Both the position numbers and the translations under genes were made by a program. The notes under the pieces were generated by a model. The model saw only the letters and a program-made list of their open reading frames with translations, was not told where the DNA came from and did no database searches. This document shows positions 38,650 through 48,731 of a DNA stretch of 64,000 nt, in pieces. The DNA comes from Acidobacteriota bacterium (GTDB lineage: Bacteria > Acidobacteriota > UBA6911). Location of the stretch: the NCBI GenBank assembly GCA_963664705.1, contig OY761556.1:128001-192000 (forward strand), given 5' to 3'. The first letter of the stretch is position 1; every line of letters begins with the position of its first letter.

Positions 38650-39491
38650 TGCAAAAGGCACTGGATTACCTTGAACTCTGGCGCGAATTGTCAACGCGGC
38701 AGGAATCGGCGTGGCTTTCCAAAGGATCGAAGGGTTCCGAAGACATGTGGCGGAATAGAGCAGAGTTTTTTAACACGGAAGTCAAGAGACGGTGGGCTAC
38801 CCCGGATTCCAGTCGCGATTTTGTCACTGCCCAATTGCGTGCCAACCCGGAGTGGACAGCCCTGGATATTGGGGGAGGTACGGGTGCATGGGCCGTCCTG
38901 ATGGCGCAGTGCGCACGACGCGTCACCGTGGTTGAACCCTCGCCGGCGATGCTGGATGTTCTGCGCAGAAATGTATCGGAGGCAAATGTCTCCAATATCG
39001 ATGTTCTGGAAAGCAAGTGGCCGGATGCTCAGGTTAAGAAACACGATCTGGTTTTGTGTTCGCAGGCAATGTTCGGGTTCGCAGATTTTGCCGGATTCAT
39101 CCACAGCGTTGAATCGGTAACGCGCAAACTGTGTGTTTTGATCATGCGTTCTCCAAGTCCGACGGACCTCCTTTGTGCGGCCACAGGGCATATCTATGGA
39201 CAGCCCTACGATAGTCCCAATTTTCAGGTTGGCTACAACGCCCTGCTGCAGATGGATATCTTTCCAAACGTGCAGATGGAAAACACCGGCCTATGGGATC
39301 CATGGATCAGTCAGAACCTGGATGAAGCCTTTGGCGAGGCGAAGAGTAGATTGGGCCTCCAGGGAGAGACTCGGTACGATGACTATTTACAGGATCTGCT
39401 GAGGCAAAATCTCAAAGAACGGGATGGCCGGCTGGAGTGGCCTCGCAGCACCCGCTCCGCCCTCCTTTATTGGACCCCCTCCAAGTCATGA
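38649..39491 (+). CDS. Class I SAM-dependent methyltransferase
   Basis: LDIGGGTG, VEPSPAM; TAATG coupling to the ATPase. Confidence 0.85.
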   Translation: MQKALDYLELWRELSTRQESAWLSKGSKGSEDMWRNRAEFFNTEVKRRWATPDSSRDFVTAQLRANPEWTALDIGGGTGAWAVLMAQCARRVTVVEPSPAMLDVLRRNVSEANVSNIDVLESKWPDAQVKKHDLVLCSQAMFGFADFAGFIHSVESVTRKLCVLIMRSPSPTDLLCAATGHIYGQPYDSPNFQVGYNALLQMDIFPNVQMENTGLWDPWISQNLDEAFGEAKSRLGLQGETRYDDYLQDLLRQNLKERDGRLEWPRSTRSALLYWTPSKS

Positions 39492-39555
39492 GTGCGAATT
39501 GCTGACGTTTAGGTTAGGACCCAGGCCTATCCCTGTCCGTAATCCCCGTATTTTA

Positions 39556-39600
39556 TTGACAAATAGTAATGTTTTGTCATTATTTGTAATTCTTTTGTGG
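39556..39600 (+). promoter_or_regulatory. Sigma70-like promoter overlapped by 10-bp phased repeats
   Basis: TTGACA at 39556; aaataGTAAT / gttttGTCAT / tatttGTAAT at 39561-39590. Confidence 0.55.
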
Positions 39601-39609
39601 AGAGGAGCT

Positions 39610-42033
39610 ATGCAAGCGAATAGAGTGAAAGTATACGTGTGTGTTCTGATGCTCTCCCTGCTGGTCCTTGGGACCTCGGCATTGCAGGCGCAGACGAAGC
39701 AGTTGCTTCAATGGTCGAGTGACCTGGCGTACCTGAAGGGTGCTTCCAGTGATGCGCTGAAAGACAGCAGCGCGGCCATCGTACAAATCCGAACCGGAGT
39801 TGATCTCTGGTTGAAGATGCATCCCAATGCAAAAATTGCATTAAAAGCTGCACCTGCAGAGCCCTGGAGTGCTGATGAATTGAAAAACCAGGTAAACCTG
39901 CTGTCGGAGGCGATTGAATCCATTCTGAAAGAGGATCCCAGTCGTCCTTTTGAAATGGGCGTGACGATGGTAGCGGTTACTGCCGAGGCCTCGCCATTGT
40001 CTCCGATTGCGGACAGCTTTGATCGCGGTGAAATCGTCAACCGGCAGGCGCTTACGGCGGCGGCCGCACTGGATTACCTCCCGGGCGTTGCCATTGATCA
40101 TGCGACTAATGGACGGAACGAATCATCGATTCGGTTGCGCGGATTCACCTCGAAAGGGCAGGTGCCTTTCTACATTGATGGCATTCCCGTCACCATGCCC
40201 TACGATGGGACCATCGATTTCGGCCGATTCCTTTCCAATGATATTGCAGAGATGCAGGTATCCAAGGGCTTTTCCTCTCCGCTGCTTGGCGCCAACGCAC
40301 TGGGTGGTTCCGTAAACCTTGTAACAAGGCAGCCGGAAAAGAAGATCCAGGGCGATGTGGCGATGGGGACCGGATCCGGCAATGCACTGCTTACCTCGGT
40401 CAATCTGGGATCGCGATGGCAGAAGTTCTACCTTCAGGGGACATTTGACTGGCTGCAAAGCGACTTTGTGCCCCTGTCCGGTAATTTCACGCCGAACAAT
40501 TTCCAGGCTACCAACGAGCGCAACAATTCAGATACGCGCGATGCAAAATACAGCGGTCGCTTGGCCTGGACGCCGAAGGGTGAAGACCAGTATGTGTTCA
40601 GCTGGATCAACCAGAAAGGCGAAAAGGGCGTCCCTCTTTACGCCGGACCGAACTCCGCTGCCACATTTAATGCATTTGCCTATCGGCGATGGCCTTATTG
40701 GAACAAGACCGGCTACTACCTGATCACAAATACGGGTTTGGGGGAGTCGAGTTCCATCAAGTTCCGGGCCTATTACGATGAATTCCCGAACGTAATGGAT
40801 TTTTACGACAACGCCACTTTTTCCACGATGGCGAAGACGTCCTCCAACCGCAGTTTTTACAATGATCACAGCGCCGGAGGGTCTGCGGAGTTCACCACGC
40901 GCTCGCTGAAGCGGAATCTCATCAGCGCGTCCTTTGTTCTCAGAGACGATAATCACCGGGAGCGGCTTGAATATCCTGCACTCTCGCCTTTCCCCTTCAT
41001 TTCACCGTCTTTGCTCAATAGATCGCAAACGTACTCGATCGGCTTTCAGGATGTAATTACGCTCACGTCACGACTGCGTGCCACATTCGGCTTCAGTGCA
41101 GATTACCTGAAGGGGATGCAGATCCAGAAACTCAACAGCGCGAATACCGGATTAATCTCGGTCACCTGTCAGGATAGTCCCCAGAATACGTCCTTCACCG
41201 GTTGCACGGCGCGCATATGGAATCACAACCCGCAGGCTTCTCTTTCTTACACGATTAGTTCCCGCGATACGGTGTTCTTTACCGTTTCCGATCGAGGTCG
41301 CTTCCCATTGCTGAAAGAAAGCTATTCCTATAGCTTGGGAAAGGGGATTCCGAATCCCGATTTGAAGCCGGAGCACAATACGAGTCTGAATTTTGGTTAT
41401 TCCCATGCATTCCCTGGGAAGACCGTGATGCAGGTTGAGTACTTCTACAATCGCCTGCGTAATGCAATTCAATCCGTATACATAAAGGATCCCGGTGGTA
41501 CCACGGCGCCGCTTTGTTCCAATACCGGGACGCAGGCCGGGTATTGCAGTCAGAACGTAAACGTTGCGAAGGAAACGCATCAGGGATATGAGGTCAGCCT
41601 GCGCAGCGCTCCTTTGCCGAGGCTGACATTCGATGTGAACTACAGCTACCTGAATCGTACGCTGCTTTATGATTTCGGCAGCCATGTCGACATAAACCAG
41701 GTGCTGACGTCGGTGCAAATCCTGCCGACTTATCCCAAAAACAAGGTGATCTTCAACGCCACGCTGCGGTTGCCCCACGACATCCTGGCCGTTGGAGCGT
41801 ATCGGTATGAAGGCGGCATCATCCTTCAGGATACGACTTACAAAACTTCACCTCAAAATCTGCCTTTTGCTACTTCCTATGGCACGGTGGATATTGGAGG
41901 CGTGATTCCGGTTCATGCCGGTTTCACCGCCCAGGTTGGGTTGAAGAATCTGTTTGATCGCAACTTTTACTATACAGCCGGCTTCCCCGAAGCAGGCCGT
42001 ACCTGGTATCTCAACGGGCGCTTCAAGTTTTAG
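39610..42033 (+). CDS. TonB-dependent receptor, paralog of 24346-26715
   Basis: Same N-terminal IRTGV.LWL..HP domain; VAVTA TonB box; plug; C-terminal GRTWYLNGRFKF. Confidence 0.93.
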   Translation: MQANRVKVYVCVLMLSLLVLGTSALQAQTKQLLQWSSDLAYLKGASSDALKDSSAAIVQIRTGVDLWLKMHPNAKIALKAAPAEPWSADELKNQVNLLSEAIESILKEDPSRPFEMGVTMVAVTAEASPLSPIADSFDRGEIVNRQALTAAAALDYLPGVAIDHATNGRNESSIRLRGFTSKGQVPFYIDGIPVTMPYDGTIDFGRFLSNDIAEMQVSKGFSSPLLGANALGGSVNLVTRQPEKKIQGDVAMGTGSGNALLTSVNLGSRWQKFYLQGTFDWLQSDFVPLSGNFTPNNFQATNERNNSDTRDAKYSGRLAWTPKGEDQYVFSWINQKGEKGVPLYAGPNSAATFNAFAYRRWPYWNKTGYYLITNTGLGESSSIKFRAYYDEFPNVMDFYDNATFSTMAKTSSNRSFYNDHSAGGSAEFTTRSLKRNLISASFVLRDDNHRERLEYPALSPFPFISPSLLNRSQTYSIGFQDVITLTSRLRATFGFSADYLKGMQIQKLNSANTGLISVTCQDSPQNTSFTGCTARIWNHNPQASLSYTISSRDTVFFTVSDRGRFPLLKESYSYSLGKGIPNPDLKPEHNTSLNFGYSHAFPGKTVMQVEYFYNRLRNAIQSVYIKDPGGTTAPLCSNTGTQAGYCSQNVNVAKETHQGYEVSLRSAPLPRLTFDVNYSYLNRTLLYDFGSHVDINQVLTSVQILPTYPKNKVIFNATLRLPHDILAVGAYRYEGGIILQDTTYKTSPQNLPFATSYGTVDIGGVIPVHAGFTAQVGLKNLFDRNFYYTAGFPEAGRTWYLNGRFKF

Positions 42034-42113
42034 CCAGCGCTTCAGGTAATCCAGACAGCCACGAATCACATGAAAGACATGTTGATTCGTGGCTGTTTTT
42101 TCATGAGGCTTTT

Positions 42114-43130
42114 GTGAAACGAATCGCTCTGATTGCATGGGCTGCCTTTATGGCAGTGATCGGCGGATGCAACTACCGTACCGTGCAGCATGATGAGACC
42201 ATCACGGTTACCGATCAATTGGGGCGAACAGTTGCGGTTCCCCGGCACATGACGCGTGTTGCGGCGCTTTACCATTTTTCCGGAAGGATTGCTTTTGCAC
42301 TGGGGCAGCGGGACCGGTTGGTTGAACAGAGCCTAAGCGGAAAAGAAGCAAAAGCCATGGCATCGATTGATGCAAAATTCGCGGCGATGCCGCGCATTGC
42401 GGATGGACATGGAATCAACTTTGAAAGCCTGCTGGCGCTCAAGCCGCAATGCGCCATCGTATATGCTTCCTTTAGCCGATCGCAGATGGCTCAGCTAGAA
42501 AATGCGGGTATCAAAGTCATCGCGGTCAAAGGGGAAACTTTTGAAGAGAGCCTCGTGGCTGTCCGGCTGATTGCCAGAGTGCTTGATTGTGAGGAAAAGG
42601 GGGAGGAATACATCAGGTCCTGCGAAAGCCTGATGAGTCTCGTGGCTGATCGCATCCGAAATATTCCCCTGCATCAGCGGCTTCGTGTGGTCTTTACCGG
42701 CCCCAAGAGTCTGTACACGGTAGCCACTGGAGAAATGCTTCAGAACCAGGTCCTGGAGACGGCAGGTGCAATCAATGTTGCTTCTTCTCTGAAAGGTTTC
42801 TGGAATGATGTTTCTCCCGAGCAGATTGCGGCATGGAACCCCGATGTCATCCTGCTTGGGTCATCGCTGGATACATATGCGGCGGATGAGGTGCTTCGAA
42901 GTTCGCAATTCCAGTCCATCAAGGCGGTCCGGAATAAGCGCGTGTATGTTTTTCCCTCCAATGTCGGCTGGTGGGATTATCCCGCCCCTCATTGCGCGCT
43001 CGGCGCGCTTTGGACTGCCAGGATTCTATATCCTGATCACTTCAAAGATGTGGACATGCTTCAGGTTGCCGATAACTTTTATCTCAAATATCTGGGCCAC
43101 TCATTCACATCTATGGGCGGAAAGCTTTGA
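42114..43130 (+). CDS. Periplasmic binding lipoprotein (TroA/FecB-like)
   Basis: Lipobox-like IGGC; TDQLGRTV; EQIAAWNPD; LWTARILYPD.F. Confidence 0.88.
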   Translation: MKRIALIAWAAFMAVIGGCNYRTVQHDETITVTDQLGRTVAVPRHMTRVAALYHFSGRIAFALGQRDRLVEQSLSGKEAKAMASIDAKFAAMPRIADGHGINFESLLALKPQCAIVYASFSRSQMAQLENAGIKVIAVKGETFEESLVAVRLIARVLDCEEKGEEYIRSCESLMSLVADRIRNIPLHQRLRVVFTGPKSLYTVATGEMLQNQVLETAGAINVASSLKGFWNDVSPEQIAAWNPDVILLGSSLDTYAADEVLRSSQFQSIKAVRNKRVYVFPSNVGWWDYPAPHCALGALWTARILYPDHFKDVDMLQVADNFYLKYLGHSFTSMGGKL

Positions 43131-43181
43131 TCTGACGTCGAACCGGATGATTCCCAACCCGATCCTGCCGGGGTTGTTTGT

Positions 43182-44207
43182 ATGAAAACGCATCACAGGT
43201 TTTTTCTTTTCCTGTTTTTCCTTCTGAGTTTCCTGGTTGCGCTTTCTGTCGGGCGCTATCCCATCGGCCTGACTGGTATCGCTCGCATTCTACTTTCCAA
43301 TCTTGGGATCTGGGGCATTGCTGCACCTGATGCGGATACGCTCATGATTTTCTGGAATGTGCGGCTGCCAAGAATAATTCTGAGTCTGACGATCGGGAGC
43401 GGCATATCTATTGCCGGGGTCGTTTTTCAGGCTTTATTCCGGAATCCCCTTGCTGCGCCTGAAATCCTGGGAGTGACGGCCGGATCCTGTTTCGGCGCGG
43501 CAATGGCTATCATGTTTCTTTCGGGACTGGCCTGGGTGATCCAAAGCAGCGCTTTTGTCTTCGGGATTATTGCGGTTTCTCTTGCCTACCTGCTGTCTTC
43601 ACGCAGTTGGGACCGGAGCGCCTCGGTTCTTGTAATATCAGGAATTGTTGTTTCCGCTTTTTTCCAGGCCGGCCTGTCGTTTCTGATGTATATCGCCAAT
43701 CCATACGATCAGTTGGCGCAAATCATATTCTGGATAATGGGTAGTCTGAATACCGCGTCATGGGCAAAAGTAGAGACCACGTTGCCAGTCGTTTTGATCG
43801 GTTCGGTTTTGGTTGTGGTATTCAGTTGGCGGCTCAATATCATGACCCAGGATGAAGAGCATGCACTGTCGCTTGGAGTCGATGTTGTCCGCTGGCGGCT
43901 GTTTTATGTGGTTGTATGCACATTGATAGTTGGCGCATCGGTAGCCGCGGTTGGGACCATTGCTTGGGTGGGGCTTATCGTTCCTCATATCGGGCGCTAC
44001 CTGTCCGGCATGGATCACCGGAGACTGATTCCCACTGCCGCATTTCTTGGCGGAGCATTTCTTCTGTTAATGGATACGCTTGCCAGGACTATCCTGCCCT
44101 CGGAGGTCCCCATCAGCATTCTGACATCGGTCATCGGCGCGCCATTTCTGGGATATCTTGTTTTGAGCCGGAGAAGCATGGGAGTCTCCAGTGAGCCTGG
44201 CAATTGA
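43182..44207 (+). CDS. FecCD-type ABC permease
   Basis: RLPR, FRNPLA.P.ILGV, WVGLIVPH. Confidence 0.92.
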   Translation: MKTHHRFFLFLFFLLSFLVALSVGRYPIGLTGIARILLSNLGIWGIAAPDADTLMIFWNVRLPRIILSLTIGSGISIAGVVFQALFRNPLAAPEILGVTAGSCFGAAMAIMFLSGLAWVIQSSAFVFGIIAVSLAYLLSSRSWDRSASVLVISGIVVSAFFQAGLSFLMYIANPYDQLAQIIFWIMGSLNTASWAKVETTLPVVLIGSVLVVVFSWRLNIMTQDEEHALSLGVDVVRWRLFYVVVCTLIVGASVAAVGTIAWVGLIVPHIGRYLSGMDHRRLIPTAAFLGGAFLLLMDTLARTILPSEVPISILTSVIGAPFLGYLVLSRRSMGVSSEPGN

Positions 44208-44970
44208 GAATCTGAGTGCGGGATATAGCGGAATCGAAGTTCTGAAAGGTATCAGCCTGAGTGTCGGGCAGGGAAGTATCTGTGCGCTGATGGGGCGCAA
44301 CGGAAGCGGCAAGACAACCCTGCTGCGGTGCATCAATGCGGTTTTGAAGCCGATGCAGGGCCGGGTTGTGGTCAATGGCATGGATGTTCGTGAGATGTCT
44401 CGAATGGAAGTCGCCCGGTCCATCAGCCTGGTTCCCCAGGGCATCTACAGTGCTTTTTCATTTTCCTGCCTGGAAATGATTTTGATGGGTTCTGCCTCCC
44501 GCCTGAAAGCATGGTCTGCCCCGGGAAAACTCGAGAAGGAAAAGGCCAGGGAGGTGTTGAATGAGGTTGGGATCGATGCGCTGGCGCATCGATCGTTCAA
44601 TCATCTCTCAGGGGGAGAGCGTCAAATGGTGATGCTGGCAAGAGCCTTGTTTCAGGATGCGCCCGTTATGCTTCTCGACGAGCCGAATTCCCACCTCGAT
44701 TTCTCTAATCAGCACAGGGTCATGCAGCTTACGCGGGAACTTGTGAAGAAGCGTGGTGTCACAGCGCTCCTCTCACTCCATGACCCCAATTTGACTCTCT
44801 ATTATTGCGATGAAGTCGCCATGCTGAGGGAAGGCAAGATTACCGCCAGCGGATCTGCCGGTGAAGTAATGAAAGATTCTATTTTGCAGCAAACTCTGGG
44901 CGAAAATATCCAGACTGATGTTACGATAAGCGGCCTGCCGGTTGTGACACCCAGGCTTTCTATAAAGTAA
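44191..44970 (+). CDS. FecE-type ABC ATPase
   Basis: GRNGSGKTT, LSGGE, LLDEP. Confidence 0.92.
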   Translation: MSLAIENLSAGYSGIEVLKGISLSVGQGSICALMGRNGSGKTTLLRCINAVLKPMQGRVVVNGMDVREMSRMEVARSISLVPQGIYSAFSFSCLEMILMGSASRLKAWSAPGKLEKEKAREVLNEVGIDALAHRSFNHLSGGERQMVMLARALFQDAPVMLLDEPNSHLDFSNQHRVMQLTRELVKKRGVTALLSLHDPNLTLYYCDEVAMLREGKITASGSAGEVMKDSILQQTLGENIQTDVTISGLPVVTPRLSIK

Positions 44971-44978
44971 GGCTCATT

Positions 44979-45986
44979 ATGAAATGCAATTATTGCGAGT
45001 GGGGTTGTGAGCTAAGCGCGCAGTCTTTTGGCGTTTGCCAAATGTATTGTGAGGACCATGGAGTAATCACGGGGCGCTTCCCGAATCGATGGTCCTATTC
45101 TGTTTCGCGTGTCGAAGCGCTCCCTTTTTATCATGCTTATCCAGGAAGCCGTTCTCTGACTATCGGGACAAGCGGCTGCAATTTTAGCTGCCGATATTGT
45201 TCGAACGCCTATATCGCCCGGCGCGATCCTGCCACGGTTGAGGAAAACACCTACTCCATGACGCCGGAAGATCTTGTGCGCATGGCGCAAAAGCTCAATT
45301 GCCATAACATCGTATTCAATGTCAATGAGCCTACCGTTTCTCTGCCCGAGTTGATCGAGCTGAGAAAGCATGCCCAGAAGGCAGGCCTTCCCCTGGGATG
45401 TCTGACTAATGCTTACGGTACTGAGGAGTCGACAGAGATTCTCGCGTCGGTCTTTGATTTTCTGAACATCGGCCTGAAGGGATTTACCTCCGCATTTCAT
45501 CGAGAGTTTATCGGGATCAGGAACATCGAGCCGGTTTTGCGCAACATCCGAAGGCTGGCCGGACTTCGGCATGTCGAGGTGACGACTCCGGTCATCCAGG
45601 GAGTCAACGATGGGGACCTTGATGGGATTGCCGATTTCTTGTCAGGAATCGATGGGGAAATACCCTGGCATGTCTTCCGACTCCTCCCGGAGCATGAAAT
45701 GAAGGATGCCGACTATCCCAGCATTGAGGCAATAAGCCGGGCTCTTCAGGCTTGTCGGGAAAAACTCGTCTATATCTACTTTCACAATTTTGTGGGATCC
45801 GATTGGGTGAATACCGGCTGCCCGCGGTGCCACAAGGAGGTGATTGAACGTTTCAGCCTGGGATGCGGCGGCGACAAGCTCGATTCGTTTAATTGCTCTG
45901 GCAGCGCGTGTCCCGGTTGTGGATACGAAATCAGAATATTAGGCGGGTATGTTCCTCCCCTCGGTGAAAGGAAAGCTGTTTTATGA
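44979..45986 (+). CDS. Radical SAM protein, AmmeMemoRadiSam (AmrS)/PflX-like
   Basis: N-terminal CxxCxxxC...GVC; PFYHAYPG; GCNFSCRYC; NEPT; C-terminal CPRC...CPGC. Confidence 0.85.
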   Translation: MKCNYCEWGCELSAQSFGVCQMYCEDHGVITGRFPNRWSYSVSRVEALPFYHAYPGSRSLTIGTSGCNFSCRYCSNAYIARRDPATVEENTYSMTPEDLVRMAQKLNCHNIVFNVNEPTVSLPELIELRKHAQKAGLPLGCLTNAYGTEESTEILASVFDFLNIGLKGFTSAFHREFIGIRNIEPVLRNIRRLAGLRHVEVTTPVIQGVNDGDLDGIADFLSGIDGEIPWHVFRLLPEHEMKDADYPSIEAISRALQACREKLVYIYFHNFVGSDWVNTGCPRCHKEVIERFSLGCGGDKLDSFNCSGSACPGCGYEIRILGGYVPPLGERKAVL

Positions 45987-47116
45987 GCCTGGCGATAGTG
46001 GATGCAAGGGAATGGCAAAACCTGCTCGACCTCAGAACCGGGAAGAAGGTTCAGGATGATCATCCTCAGACTCGGATGGTTCGTGATCTGCTGGCACGGC
46101 ACGCTTATCCGGGCGATGTCAATGTGGAGAGCAATCGATGGGTAACCGATGTTGCGCTGGATCTGATTCGTGAGTATTGCCCGGATCTTGCGTTTCTCTT
46201 CTACTCACACCAGTTTTTTGCGGGACGATACACGCCGATGAATGAGGAGCAGCGGCGTGCGATGATCGAAAGTGTCTTTGGCGAAGTGAGCCGGTTTGTT
46301 CGTGAGTCGGGTTATACCCCGGTCATCGTGGGTTCTGGCGACATGGTGGAGGTTGCCGGCGAGATCGACCTGAGCAAAGCGGATGGCACCGCCATCTCCA
46401 GTCACTGGTCCGCGCGGTATGCCGGGTTGCACCATGCCAGTGCGCGAGATCTTGATCATGTCGCCTCTCTTCCTCAGATTGAGAAAATTGTGCGACGGGA
46501 GGAATGGATTGATCTGATGGGGAATGCCGGGCACCGCGTGGATCGCATTCCGGAGTATCTGCTGGTTGCCCGGGAAGGTTGGACCTTCGCTACCACCGGC
46601 GTTCCTCTTCGCAAAGCCCTGAGGGTTCCTGGTGCCGCATACTCAATTCCAGTAGCCACCTCCCTGGGCGAACCGGCCACAATCCTGGATATTCGAAGAT
46701 TGATTGAACTCAACCTTAAGACGCACAAGATTGCACTCATTATTCTGGAAGGGTTGGGTGTGAGGGATTTTGTGCTCCCGCATGCAGCCTGCACAAACAG
46801 CGTTGATTGGTTCTATTACGAACCAGGAGACGGTCAGTATCTGAGCATGATGACAGGCGAACACCAGGTCTTTGCCTATCCGACTGGATATCAATATCAC
46901 GACGAAAACGATGCGAAACGGGATTTTCCGTTTTCGGGATATTTTCTTGATATTCCTGAGCACACGCTCGGCAGTGACTTTTCCGGAAAGAGTGTTGCCG
47001 TGGGAAACCACAGCATGTTTGTCCATATGGTGTTTGGGGCGGATATCTGTATCGAGTGCTTTGCCCGGAATCTATATAATCAGGGCTGTCTTGGGGTTAT
47101 CCACAGTTTCAAATGA
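45983..47116 (+). CDS. Hypothetical protein; apparent circularly permuted, degenerate alkaline-phosphatase/NPP fold
   Basis: PDLAFLFY, VIVGSGD and RIPEYLLVAREGW precede LIILEGLG and SMMTG; ATGA-coupled to both neighbours. Confidence 0.6.
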   Translation: MSLAIVDAREWQNLLDLRTGKKVQDDHPQTRMVRDLLARHAYPGDVNVESNRWVTDVALDLIREYCPDLAFLFYSHQFFAGRYTPMNEEQRRAMIESVFGEVSRFVRESGYTPVIVGSGDMVEVAGEIDLSKADGTAISSHWSARYAGLHHASARDLDHVASLPQIEKIVRREEWIDLMGNAGHRVDRIPEYLLVAREGWTFATTGVPLRKALRVPGAAYSIPVATSLGEPATILDIRRLIELNLKTHKIALIILEGLGVRDFVLPHAACTNSVDWFYYEPGDGQYLSMMTGEHQVFAYPTGYQYHDENDAKRDFPFSGYFLDIPEHTLGSDFSGKSVAVGNHSMFVHMVFGADICIECFARNLYNQGCLGVIHSFK

Positions 47117-47997
47117 GGAGAGACGTGGCGAATCGAAGTCGGATTTTGGATAAAACGCTGCAGGAACTGCGAGTTCTTTACAAAATGTACCCGCTGGAGC
47201 CCGGAATTTTCGTGAAAGCCGGTCTCAAGCAGGGCTGGAATGTTGTGATTGGAACCCAGGGGCAGTGCGGCATGGCCATGAGTTTTGCCGGCCGCGATGA
47301 TGTTTTCGGAAAGCAGCAGATCGATTGCGATCGGCTCAGGGCATTCATTGGACAAGACCTCTTCCTGCTGGCCGAAACCTACCTTCAGTCGCAGAGCTGG
47401 CATGAGCGCTCCGTTGGCGTGGCCGCGCTTGTGGCACTTTCTCAACCGCTGATCACGCCGGATGCCCTGAGAGCCAGAGGATTTGATGTTCCTTCGGGAG
47501 ACACCGATTTTGCGAGTTGCATACAACCCGATGACATTGTCGCGGTCGTTGGCTATGGCGGAGGCATCAAACGACTGCTTGGGAAGTCCAGAGAGCTTCA
47601 TGTTACAGACCTGCGCCCGCGGCAGGAATTCCAGGCCACACTTGTCAGTGACAAAGGGGTTGGCTTTACGCCTGAGGAGGTTTTTATTCACCCGGAATCG
47701 GATAATGAACCGGTTTTACGCAAGGCAACGGCTGTTGCCATTACCGGATCCTCGCTGGTGAATGGAACTTTTGATGAGCTGCTGGTTTATGCCCGGCGCG
47801 CCCGCCTGATTACGGTCTATGGAGCAAGCGCGGGCTTGATACCGGATGTGCTTCTTGCGGAGGGAGTGCATATGGTGCATTCATCGCGTATTTCCGATCC
47901 TGCGGCTTTCGAGCGGGGCATGATGCAGGACATGAATATGGAAGCCGTCATGCAGGGGACGCAAAAACAGCAGACGATTCGGCGAGACGCACATTGA
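47113..47997 (+). CDS. DUF364 / Rossmann-like domain protein
   Basis: ERSVGVAAL.ALSQ, VAVVGY, AITGSSLVNGTFDELL, YGASA; alternative GTG start at 47125. Confidence 0.82.
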   Translation: MRRDVANRSRILDKTLQELRVLYKMYPLEPGIFVKAGLKQGWNVVIGTQGQCGMAMSFAGRDDVFGKQQIDCDRLRAFIGQDLFLLAETYLQSQSWHERSVGVAALVALSQPLITPDALRARGFDVPSGDTDFASCIQPDDIVAVVGYGGGIKRLLGKSRELHVTDLRPRQEFQATLVSDKGVGFTPEEVFIHPESDNEPVLRKATAVAITGSSLVNGTFDELLVYARRARLITVYGASAGLIPDVLLAEGVHMVHSSRISDPAAFERGMMQDMNMEAVMQGTQKQQTIRRDAH

Positions 47998-48031
47998 AAT
48001 AAGGGTTTGCATTTACTGGAAGGAGTGAAAA

Positions 48032-48700
48032 ATGAAACGCTCATTTGTTTTGCTTTGGTTTTTAGTTCCTTCATTGCTGGTGGCGCAGGATCATCCTGGC
48101 GCGAAGTCGAAGGCGGAAATCGAAAAGATGCATCAGGACCCGAAGGCATATATTGCCATGCTGGAAAATCCGCAACGTGATGCCGAACAAAAGCCGGAAG
48201 AGGTTCTCAAAGCCCTCGCAATCAAGCCGGGAGAGGCCATTGCCGATATCGGAGCAGGCTCGGGATACTTTGCCTTCAAGTTTGCCAGGCCCGTCGGAGA
48301 TGGCGGACATGTCTATGCTGTGGACATCAATAGTGACATGATTCTTTTTATGAACCGCAAGATCAGGGACATGAAGCTGAAGAACGTATCGACCATTCTC
48401 TCAGCGCCCGATGATCCATTGATTATCGACGGTTCCGTGAATCGCTTCTTTGTCTGCAATACATGGCACCATGTGCAAAACCGCATAGGCTACCTCGGCC
48501 TTATCAAAAAAGCTCTCAAGCCTGGCGGGCAGATTATCGTGATGGATTACAAGAAAGAACAATTGCCCGTGGGCCCGCCGCCTGAGATGAAGATGGCGCG
48601 TGAAGAAGTGCTGAAGGAAATGGAAGCGGGCGGATTCAAGCTGGAGAAGGAATATACATTTCTGCCCTATCAGTACTTTCTTATTTTTGCGGCAAAATAG
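48032..48700 (+). CDS. Class I SAM-dependent methyltransferase with signal peptide
   Basis: MKR plus hydrophobic signal; ADIGAGSGYF, VYAVDI, ALKPGG, FLPYQYF. Confidence 0.85.
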   Translation: MKRSFVLLWFLVPSLLVAQDHPGAKSKAEIEKMHQDPKAYIAMLENPQRDAEQKPEEVLKALAIKPGEAIADIGAGSGYFAFKFARPVGDGGHVYAVDINSDMILFMNRKIRDMKLKNVSTILSAPDDPLIIDGSVNRFFVCNTWHHVQNRIGYLGLIKKALKPGGQIIVMDYKKEQLPVGPPPEMKMAREEVLKEMEAGGFKLEKEYTFLPYQYFLIFAAK

Positions 48701-48731
48701 CGGCAATGGATAAGCGCCGCAGGTTGGGTTT

